Shown in pieces: positions 38,163-48,937 of a stretch of 64,000 nucleotides of DNA. Under the pieces are notes generated by a model. The model made no database searches, was not told the DNA's origin, and was given only the letters and a program-made list of their open reading frames with translations. Both the position numbers and the translations under genes were made by a program. The DNA lies in NCBI GenBank assembly GCA_002269645.1, contig NIVC01001165.1:220261-284260 (forward strand). Reading direction: 5' to 3'. Every line of letters starts with the position of its first letter. Position 1 is the first letter of the stretch. This DNA is from Macrostomum lignano (Eukaryota).

Positions 38163-41100
38163 TCAAATCTGCAGCATTAGCCGCATTTCACGAAGAAGCA
38201 GCCAGACAGAGCCAGAGTACCAGATCATATAGCTGGTATCTGATCTCTCTCGCCAAGTTAAAAGTCCGTTAGGGTTAGTATTTAGGCAGTATTTAAACCA
38301 CCAGCCTCCTTTCCCATTTCTGTTTGAGCATGAATAACTCATTTCGTCATTGTCCCTGTCCATCGTGGAGAACCGCATTCCTTTGTGGGTCTCCAAAGCG
38401 TCAAAGCTGACACTGGACCTGTCCCTCAGCATCTCTCGGTACGTCATCCGATACCTAGTGCTGGCGTCTCCCACCTGGAATCCCGCGTACTCCAGATGCA
38501 GCTCAGAGCCGTTCCACAGCTTCATCTCCACTCTGAGGGTGGCGCCGCCTTGGCTGAGCGAGTGGATGGCGGAGAGACCTGCGGGAGGAGAGCGGCTGAG
38601 TCTGAGTCACTTCTGCTCGGCTTTTCGCCGCTGCTTCCATTCGGATTCTGAGATAAATATTTTACGAATGTGCGTTTCATAGCAGATGGTGGATCTAAAT
38701 TTGTTAATTGCCTAAATTATCCATTTTAAGCCTTCTGATATCCCAGCTGAGCTACCTGCTGTACTGAGACTGCAAGACGGGTTTTTAATTGTATCAGGTG
38801 AGGACTGAAGCAGAATGTCATCTGAATACTTCTGTTCTCTACTAAAAGAAAAGTTAATTTTAAGAGTCAGTCGATCAGTTGCAAGCACAAGCTGAAGAAC
38901 TGAGTCGGGAGGTGCTGCTCTGACTGGTGCTGCTCTGGCTGGTGCTGCTCTGGCTGGTGCTGCTCTGGCTGGTGCTGCTCTGGCTGGTGCTGCTCTGGCT
39001 GGTGCTACTTCGGCTAAAGAACTTGATTTTCGTAAAAGTCCACAACAACAACAACAACAACAGAGTACGCTGCCAGTTCGCAAAAAGCAGCGTCAGATGG
39101 CGCGCTTCAAAGCTTGGGCGCGAACAAAAGCCGCACCGCCGGCAGAGTCCGGGGCGCCGGCGTCAGCCAGCAGACAGTCGACGTAGCGCCGAGTCCTCGC
39201 CTGTCCCCGCCGGTAGGGTGCCTGCAACGTAAGTAGCAGCACCTCCTGCACCGGCTCCGGACAGTAGGCCTCGGCGCGGATGACGTGGCCTGCCAGCTGG
39301 AGTCGCCGACGGCGCAGCAGATCGCTAGGACGGGCCAGGCCGGCACGATGATAGAGCGCCGTGCAAGAACTCCTTGGCGCCGTGTTGGTGACTCGCTCGT
39401 TGCCGATCTTGAAGGCGGCGCGCAGCAGGCCAGAGTGCGCCGCGTCGACTTGAGTCTCGAGCGAGTCTGTCAGCGTCCAGGTCTCGGCGTTGTATAACAG
39501 GACGGTCTCGATCACCGCCTGGAACAGCGCCGCCCTCTGGCGGTCTGGTAGGGCCTCGGACTGCAGGACTGACCTTATAGAACGAAAGGCAGCCCAGGCA
39601 AGTAATCGGCGACGCAGCAGATCCTCGCGGATGTCGGGAACCAGACCGCCGAGGTAGACGAACTGGGTCGGTCCGGAGTGGCTGGGTCGGTCCGGAGTGG
39701 CTGGGTCGGTCCGGAGTGGCTGGGTTACCAAAGCAATAGCAACAAAAGTCCATCATATGGATCAAAATTTGCTATGTCCGACGAACATACTCTCAAAGTC
39801 ATTTGACGTCAGCATCGTCAAGATATTCAACGTACGATTCTTGTCGAAGACACTGGAGGCAAGGACAACCAACAATACACGTAAATTAAACATGTCTAGT
39901 TTGATGCATTGATAAAAAAGCACGATTATACAAGTATGGCGGTGTCAGCTCGTCGGGGCACTCCGTTGAAGGTCTCAAAAGTCGCCTGTATGTCTACAGG
40001 TCAGCCTAGAGGGTCGCCCAAGGCCTACTTAACAACACAGGACGTTACACTTGCAAATATTGGCAGAATTCTAAAAGGCCGCTTTGAATGCATGTGTCTA
40101 TGGTTTTAGTGGCCTTTTTGCATGTGTAAAATACATTAAAAGGCTATATTCACTATACTTTTGTCGTAACCTAGGTCGGTTTTGGTGCTCAGTCCCGAGT
40201 ACAATATATATTATACGTGATATAACAGGCGTTGTGACGCTCTGTCTGTACTTTTATGAATACGAGCTGGCGTAACGACGCTCTGCGATAATAGTCCGAT
40301 CCCTTTGGTGTTGTGACACTCAGAGTTCACGCTGTGGCTCGAGGTGTGGTGACACTCTGATCGAGTGCTTCTAGTCTCGATACTGTAGGTTGTACACACT
40401 ATATAGAGTAGACGGGTACAGTACTACAAAAGCTATATGATCTCCCGGCGTTATGACGCTCTGGCAAGAACCCGGCCTAACAAGCTCCCAGAAAGAAGGA
40501 TCTTAAGCAGCAGGCGGCTTACCAGTGGCCAAATCGCCGATACGTTTATTGATTCGCTCGTTGTACAGTGCAGGTTCTAACCTCCAAGATTCTTCTTAAG
40601 GCTCTTGTGTTTCTTTTCTCGTATTCAATAGCTAGAGTTGCTGTTTAACCGTCTAGTCTCGCACTTGTACTCTCCGAGCACACTAATTAATACCACAAAA
40701 CAGAACGAAGGGCGTGAGCAAGGCCCAGAGCCGCAATAAATAATAATTAAACCCTGGGGCCGATGGCCGCACCGGCTAAGCCCACCAACCAAGCTACCCC
40801 AACAAAATAGAGACTGGCCGCGCCGGCCCAGCCAATCAAAACCCCGCCTAGGGGGAGGGGCCGCACCCGCACCAAAGCTGGTCCGGCCGCAGCCAACCAG
40901 CTCTGAGCACGGGGCAGGGGCACGGCTCCAGGGGCACGCGCAAAGCCCGGCCGGCGGCCAGACCCTGCCACGCCCGCCAACCCCCCAACCAGCCCCAAAG
41001 TGCAACGCGCCCTGCCAACTGACAAGGGCGCATGCACTACACTTTTATTTCTATTAAGTGCATGTATTCCAGTCCTTTGTATTCTTTCAAAAAGATAAAC

Positions 41101-44100
41101 GAGGTGAAAATTTTTAACAAAGAAGAAATACCCGAAATAACGGAATTCCTAGATGCGTTTCTAATGTGTAGAAGCATCGAAAAAATTAGCTACGAAAGCA
41201 ACAAGAATGAATACCGAATGATAGGAACTGCACTTTATTCAATGATTATACGCTGGTATTATTGGTATGCTCATAGTGCGAATCCTGAACTTGTCTAAAA
41301 TGAAGCAACACGAAGGCACCAAAGATGACAATGAACTATCCTCAAAATGAAAGCGTCGAAAAAAACTTTGATTAGTAAAGACTTCAAGGGAAGTGGTCAA
41401 GTAAAGTAAAAGACAGTTAGTAAAGTGGTTGTCACACATAATATTCTGGATGAAGACTGTAAATAGTAGGGACGAGCCGGGCTACGAATACGGATGCCTG
41501 TACGGGCTAGCTTATCTGGAGTATCCTCTGGCTATCAAATGACGTGACACCCACGAAGACGCAGAGATGGTTGTACGCTCGTACGTAAATATCATCGAAT
41601 ATGGTTGAACAGTTGCGTTGTGAGAGAGTGCAGCGCTTAAGATGTGTCTCGACAATGTTTTGACAGCCATGTAGAAATCTGCCCCAACTGTTCCCATGTG
41701 CCGTTTTGAGAGTCGAGGCTCCGCTTGCTTCATTCTAGCATCCTCCGGCCAATACTTGCGGCATACGCCCATGTGTGCAGTGAAATGTTACCCTACCTTT
41801 GCTGCAATGGCAAAGCTTTCATCCAGGAGTCAACCTTCCTCTTCTTTCAGAAAAGTAATGTAATACACGGTGCACCTTTCACCGCTTTTGTAGTGCTGAT
41901 GCAGCCTGAAGTTGTTGTAGTTGTAGTTGTTGTTACAACTAACCCTAACAGGAGTCTGCAACACTTCTTCGGTATCTTGTATAACTTAACTGAATTTGAA
42001 GCAAAAAAATAAGAGATTCCGAGAACGCAAAGAAGTTAGCTGTTTGCTCTGTCTACTTGATGCTCTATGCTAGACTTATAGGCTATCATGCTGCGCTGCT
42101 ATGCGAATTACTAAGCAAAAATGGCACTAAAACCATAGACACTAGCGGCATTTTAAAGCGGCATTTTAAAATTCTATCAATATTTGCAAGTGTACCGTCC
42201 TGTGTTGTTAAGTAGTCCTTGGGTTGCCATTGTCCATTTCATTCACCGATTATGTCTACTGACAGAATTTTTGTTGCAGAAGAGGAATCTTCCATTTCAG
42301 TTTTGGGAATTCAGCCGTCTCTGAGATGCCGATCGGGTGCTATTGTTGAAGGTCCCGACGGTCGCCGCCGATGCTCCAGACGGGGATGAAGGGGGCCCTG
42401 GTGTCTGGGATGCTGAGAGCAACCCTGCGACTGATAAGCATAGTTTGTTGAGCCAACGTGGTGTCATGATGAAATTATTTAAGCCGAAAATTTTTGCCAA
42501 TGTTGGTGGTTTTTGCCACCAGACACCTACTTTCTACCGCCAATGCTTGATGCGAGCGATACCAAGTCAGCCACTAACGAATCTTTAACCGGGTGACTCC
42601 TTCGAAATACTTTGATTTCACTAAAAAAACATGCAACTCAATATTTTATGTTCATGTTAAAACTCTACGCTCGTAAATCATCTAAAAAAACATGGTGGAA
42701 TATGGATTCAGGTTTCTCCTCGAACTAAGAATCAAAGATGACAGTAACTCAACATTTTAAGTCAGCTGAGCAGCGAATCCTTCAATTCCCATTCCATCAA
42801 TTCAATGCATTCCGCCATTCACTTAGAATGAGTCACCTAGCCTTCGCTTAGAAGGAGCGGTTCGAAATCTGCTCCCACTACTGACACACAATATTAGCTG
42901 GTACGAGTACAAAACTGCCGCTCACCGATCCAGAAGTCAGTGCTGTCACCGAAGCCAGTCTCGTACTCAGTCCAATTTCGTTGGAAACTCACACTGCCAG
43001 TGAGTCGCTGCTGAATCTTCACAAACCAGCGACCGTCTGGCAGGAACGCCACTGTGCGTTGGGCAAAGGCACCTTGCAGTCTGACGCAGGACTTAAGACT
43101 GGAGCAGCTGACTGCACCTTCAGACGCTTTCATTCTCCATGATGAAGTGATTTTGCTGGACTTGGAGAGGCACTGCTCAGCAACTAGCGACGTAACCCGC
43201 CACTGCACGTGTCGCCACAGGTCAGCGGGCTCTGCCAGCACAGCAGACCCGGAAATTGTCAAATCCATTTTTAAACGGCACAGAAAAAATTTAAAAAGAA
43301 AAGAAACAAATACAAACGCATCGAAAGCCTGATCTGACCGCTCAATAGCACCCAAGCTGACACTAAAGAGATTTTGTATTACTCTCGCTAACACTCAAGA
43401 TGTCCTGTTAAGTAAACAGCATCTAAAAAACAAAACTGAAATTTCGAATTTGGTGCAATGAAATTTTAAAACCCCTCAGAAAAATCAGCCAACCTAAGAT
43501 GGCGGCACTCCGTCAAGGTTCTGCAGAGCAGCCGCAGCTGAGCGGACCTCCAGTCTGCCGACGCCATCAGCGGACCGACCTCGAACCGAGAACTCAGCGA
43601 AGAGCTCACCGATCTCTCAGCAGTCCACAGCCGCATGAAATCGACCGAGCGAGGCGACAAGTCGGCCAACTGAGTCCTCACAGCATCGCGTGTGGCCTCA
43701 TCTTGCAGCACCAGATCCAGCTTCAGATAGTGCATGTCTCGGCTGTAGTCATACCTGACTGACTCGCTGCTCAAGCTGGAGACGTTGTGGCACAGCAGAG
43801 GCTCGATGAGGAAATGGCCCTTGATGTCGAGTCTCTGGTGCACTCGGGCAGAGCAGTTCTCGAGATTGACGGTGCGGATGAATTTCAGCTGTCGGCATGT
43901 CGGCAGAGGTGAGAATCTTTGCTGGTGCAAGTCCAGATCGAAAATGCTGTCGTTTTGCAGCAGGACGCGGCTCTGAACCTCATGACAAGATCCGTTTGAA
44001 ACGATAAAAGCTGATAACTTTACTTTTTCAAGAGCCTCTCGTGGTGAGCTTTTAAAGTCATCAATGCGCTTCAGCTGGGCCCTTACTGATTGAAAATACC

Positions 44101-44635
44101 GGAGGGGTAAATTTTCCTTTAAAATCTTTGGACCTGAAACTTTACTTGAATCGTTCTTCAAAACAATCCTTTTGAAGCCGAGTCTCAGAGTGGCTACTGA
44201 CTCATTCGGAGTCCACAGAAAGCCCAAAACCCGAATCGATGAGCGGGTGTCGGCTGAGACGCTGATGTTGGTCACCGTGGCGAAGCTCACAGACCTCGGT
44301 GACAGATGCCGAAGTTGAAACTGAGCCTCTGCAAGCATCCCAGCATCCTTCATCAATACAGGAACGCTGAAGTACAGTTGCTGGGTGATGAAGTCGAATC
44401 GGGGAACAATGCCTCTCAGGCTGTCCGTCACGCACATGAGCGGCTCGACTGCCAAGTGCGGACCGTCGCTCGCTCCCGTGTCGTGCACGAACAGCGCGCA
44501 GCCGTTCACGCTGAGCTGCGCCACGAAGCGGAGCCGCGGAGAGTCAGCGGGAGCGCACTGGGAGACCTGGCCGGCTGCCAGCGAGCAGAGCAGCAGAGCC
44601 AACGCTGCAGAAACTCGCAACTGAAAGAGCTGCAT
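38163..44635 (-). CDS. Secreted fibrinogen-domain (FReD) protein, paralogue 1, 3 exons; intron 1 acceptor non-canonical
   Basis: Exons 44635-43494, 43248-42926, 38578-38163. Signal peptide MQLFQLRVSAALALLLCSLAAG; FReD motifs IQQR..GSVSFQRNWTEYETGFG...FWIG|LSAIH..., FSTMDRDND...C...GGWWF..C...NPNG. The expected acceptor reads CCGG rather than CAG. Confidence 0.75.
38920..39005 (+). repeat. 15-bp repeat (GGTGCTGCTCTGGCT) x5-6
   Basis: Direct reading. Confidence 0.9.
39043..39743 (-). mobile_element. 5'-truncated RTE-like non-LTR retrotransposon in FReD-1 intron 2
   Basis: ORF end YLGG...AWAAFRSI...FQAVIETVLLYNAETWTLT...LQLAGHVIR...LKRAI*; (TTG)n 3' tail at 39043-39061; candidate TSD AAAAGTCCA (39034-39042, 39744-39752); three 19-bp repeats at the 5' junction. 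Confidence 0.88.
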
Positions 44636-44705
44636 CGAGTCAACTTCGCCTTTCGTTGTTGTATCGGTAAGCTGAGAATTGCAGCTGCATCCTGTAAAAT
44701 GGCTG

Positions 44706-44713
44706 CATTTATA
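44706..44713 (-). promoter_or_regulatory. TATA box candidate for FReD-1 (FReD-2 has TATATAA near 54345-54351)
   Basis: TATATAAA about 75 bp upstream of the ATG. FReD-2 also has TGACTCA (AP-1-like) near 54414. Confidence 0.4.
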
Positions 44714-46475
44714 TACAGAAGAAGCATTCCCTGCCCATGGCATAAATTTCACGTGACTGCAGGCTGCACTTCGCATTCCAAACGCGTCACGCGGTTTGCC
44801 ATTTGCATCAGACTGTTTGCCTCAGCTGGGGATTCGGTTGGCCAGAATCTCGTGACTAAATGCACTTTTATCTCTGCCAGACAGTGTCTGGAATCCCGAG
44901 GCACTGCATGCGTCACTCGCAACCTTTGCGCCATGCAGCGCATCAATTTTACCTGCCTTGCTGCGGGAGTTTCTGTTTGTGCTGGATGACCTTTTGGAAG
45001 TTCTGGGGCTTTGTTTTTGCATTATTCAGTGCGAACTGTCTAAGTCTGTGTTTTTGGATTGATTCCATCTGCAGCATACGAAATGCTATCTTGTGCATGG
45101 TTTTTAAAAAAAGTTATTCACAATACTGTTGGTTTTTTGCGACAGCCAGGTAGCTTCTAAGGTGAGATTCCCTCCTTGTCGGATAATTTTTTTGATTCTT
45201 CCTATAGGCCCTGGTGTATTTATACACCTCTGTGCGCCCATGTCAGAGTTTCAATAATGAGAAAACCTCAACGGCTGGGACGTCTTTAGCCAGACTCTCA
45301 TTCAATCCGTCATCAGGGTGACGCAGTCGGCTTCTTGAAGTCATGGCAGCAAGGCAACTGCGCTAGTCTGAACCCTCGATGGTGATTGTTTATCGTATCA
45401 TTTATTTTTTTTTCAATTAAATTTTTGAATAAATGCAGGCCATAAAAGAGCTCAAGCTCATATTATCGTATTTTAGCTGTCACGATGTTGGCGTAGCGGC
45501 TAACTATGGCTATGACCCTTAAAAGGGCCGTTTTGACGAGAGTTGTAGTGAGTCGTAGCCCCAAAATAAGTTGAAGTCAACTCTTGTAAAGCGGATTTTG
45601 TAGCGGAGCACTTGGCGATAAAGGCAGGAACGGCCGTAGTTGGTTTTATTGGTAGTATCAATATTAGGCTTGTTTATTACTGTCAATACACAAACTATAG
45701 CTTTCTGGGCACTGGCGGCTGCAACAATGGTTTTTTGAAGATAAATTGGATATGAAGTCAAGTGACAGACGAATGGTGCAATGGCGACGTAACGTGATGA
45801 GCAATGGCAATGAGCACAGTGGAGGCGGTGAGTAGCAGTGGCGAGGTTGGCGTCAGTCGTGGCGTGAGATAAGGAGGCTCGAGGCAGCCAGACAGAGAGA
45901 AGGAAAACAAGGCTAGACAAGGCTGGCCAAACCAGACGGAAAACACAAGGCAGAAAAAACACAGGCAGTGAGGAGAGAGAGGCACGAGACTGGACAAGGT
46001 GAAGCCCCCAGCCCGCCAGGCGAGGGTTAATAAAGAGCGCAAAAGGGGGTAGCGTAAAACACGGACAGTTTTCATTGGCTGGCGAGAGAATTTGAAATTA
46101 TCGATCGTGCCAAAATTTACAGACGAGCGCAAGGCCTACCAAATACACAGTGATTTAGCAATTGATACAAATTATTTGCACGCTACTATAAGTAAACGTT
46201 AAAATAAACTATTGGAGAAATTAATATGAGAAATTGTGAGGGAAACTATAGTCCAACGGCCCTTTTGCGGGACCACTTAAACTAGCAACGTCACATAGCT
46301 TTACCAACTGCGAAACAGCATTGAGATCACTGTTGAACAAATTCAACCTATGATCAAGTAAAAAATAACCATTTAAACAAAAGACGAAGGAAGATAAACG
46401 CGAAATTAGGAAAGCTGCTCTTGATAACTCGAAAAAAAGTATTTACTAATTAAAGTAATTACAATTGAAAAATAT

Positions 46476-46836
46476 TGTATATTGAGGATCGTGCCGCGAC
46501 TTTCCTAGTTATTTCTTAGTTCAACCTTCACTTGTCTCTGTTAACAGCTGTTTTCGTTCTCTCTGTCTAGCTCAATCTTGTTGTTCTTATCTCTCTCTCC
46601 CTCCGCTGCCTTCTGATTGGCTCTCCATTCTCGCCCCTCTCTTCAGTCGCGCACCCCACCCCTCTCCTTATTATATTCTGGGCTCAACCCCCCTCAAGTT
46701 AAAGTTCAATAAATATACTAGTTTAAGCCCAGTACCCACTTGCTGGCTCCTCTTATTTTATTTATTCAATTTAATATCTAATTCAAATGTAGATAGCTTA
46801 TCTTAGTCTCCAGGTATTTTTCGACATGGCGCCCAA
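46476..46836 (+). mobile_element. LTR + primer-binding-site fragment
   Basis: TG...CA (46476-46826, left end tentative) with TATA-like and AATAAA motifs, followed immediately by TGGCGCCCAA (tRNA-Lys-type PBS); absent at the homologous position near 35115. Confidence 0.6.
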
Positions 46837-48074
46837 TCTTTTGATGATTTTAACTGATTTCATGTGCAACCTGTAAAAAATCTCATATGAATGTCCAGAG
46901 TCTCCTGCTGCTGTTTGCTGAAGGTGCCCACTGCGTCTGGATGATGACCGAAAGCTTGAGAATCTAGATGAGGCCTCAACCCATTGTCACCTGTCGGATC
47001 AACCAGTGGGTGACTTCAAAGCACTGGGAGAGGTGCATCAGCTGACGCCACCGACTGCCGGCAATCCCGCGCGGCTGTCCCCCCTGTCCTTTTCCCGCCC
47101 TCCGAAGGGCCCCACTTGGACTCCACCGAGGGGACATCAGGGCGGGGACCATGGCCCTCTCTGGACATGCCTGTTTTGCCAGGCATCGTCACCTCAAGGG
47201 TAAAATCCGTAGCGAGGAATACCCATTCTGCCTCTCCAGTGTCGAGAGTGGGAGCACTTCATCTGTGATTTCCCGCCTTTACTCACGACTGGCTCCTGTA
47301 AGCACTCTGGGCAAAGGGTCCCCAAATTGTAAGCGAATCTAAACGCCACGCAGTTCAGAATGACTGCAGTTGAGCTCTTTCAGTCGAGTTTCTGAGCTTC
47401 TGTCGAGCTGAACTCCTGCCTCTTCACGGCAACAAGCATCATGCTTATGTGTGACTGAGCATCAGCATAGCGGTGAGCAGCAGCACAAGCTACCCTTAGC
47501 GACATTCTCACAACCAACGTCCATCCGGAGCTTCTCTTGACGATTTCCTCAGCTCGGAAACGACCACGACCGTCGAGCCACTTTCGGCAGCGCTCACTGC
47601 GCTGAACATGATGAAGAAGGCCTCCTTAACTTGCCCCTGACTGATCATGCAGCTTCTTGACGGCGGTGACGGCCAGCACAGCAGTTGAAATCGCAGCCCA
47701 GATGGACAGGCAGATGCGGGCCTTGGTGGAGAACTGACCGATCCGCTTATTCGTCATATTCGCAATGCCAGCGCATGCCGGGCTCGGGCGAATCTCGGCA
47801 ATGCGAGCTGGGCTTTCTGTCTTGAAAGCGGTGTTTGCAGCAGCTCTGATGAGGCTTGGCAGAGCCTGGCCTGAGAGCACTGGCAGCTGCTGCGAATGAG
47901 CGGGACGATAAAGCCGCAAGCGAATTCCAAACTGACGACTCTGCTCCCCCGATGAGTCTTGCGTTGCGACTCAAATGACTCGATGCGACTCTGAGCACAT
48001 GAGACGAAAAGGGTGACCCAAAAGTTCGGTTCTGTTCCATGGAATCCCGTCTGATTGCATAAACCCTGAACACA

Positions 48075-48624
48075 CAGCACAATACTGATAGAACAGACAG
48101 CACAATACTGATAGAACAGACAGCACAATACTGATAGAACAGACAGCACAATACTGATAGAACAGACAGCACAATACTGATAGAACAGACAGCACAATAC
48201 TGATAGAACAGACAGCACAATACTGATAGAACAGACAGCACAATACTGATAGAACAGACAGCACAATACTGATAGAACAGACAGCACAATACCGATAGAA
48301 CAGACAGCACAATACTGATAGAACAGACAGCACAATACTGATAGAACAGACAGCACAATACTGATAGAACAGACAGCACAATACTGATAGAACAGACAGC
48401 ACAATACTGATAGAACAGACAGCACAATACTGATAGAACAGACAGCACAATACTGATAGAACAGACAGCACAATACTGATAGAACAGACAGCACAATACT
48501 GATAGAACAGACAGCACAATACTGATAGAACAGACAGCACAATACTGATAGAACAGACAGCACAATACTGATAGAACAGACAGCACAATACTGATAGAAC
48601 AGACAGCACAATACTGATAGAACA
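48075..48624 (+). repeat. 23-bp minisatellite, second locus, about 24 units
   Basis: Same unit and same left flank as 36387. Confidence 0.97.
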
Positions 48625-48937
48625 AAAAACACAGGATGGATAGAATAGTTGATTCGTAGATTACTTGCTAACCTTTTCTTGTTTGTTTATTGTCCAAAAT
48701 AGTTTGCGTCCATTAACTTAGGTTTGTTGAGTTAAAACTCGCAAAAATGTATTCAGTTTCTGTCCATAAAATTAAAGCTCTTGCAATTGGGGAGATTTCA
48801 GACAGCATTGTTTTGTAGCGACATTTGCATAAGCATGCATATAATTTCTGAAAAAAACATTTTAATAAAACTCCGACTCGATAACATTTTATTTCATTCA
48901 GCAGAGTGCATTGTTGAGTTGCTCAATTTTGATCTGC

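Noticed and set aside
8059-48632. Long ORFs over tandem repeats (8059-9178, 23561-24309, 28347-28869, 31871-33181, 36059-37912, 47747-48632, 58416-58817, 60224-61095)
   Set aside because: They are stop-free by-products of repeat units and mostly lie in introns of well-supported genes.
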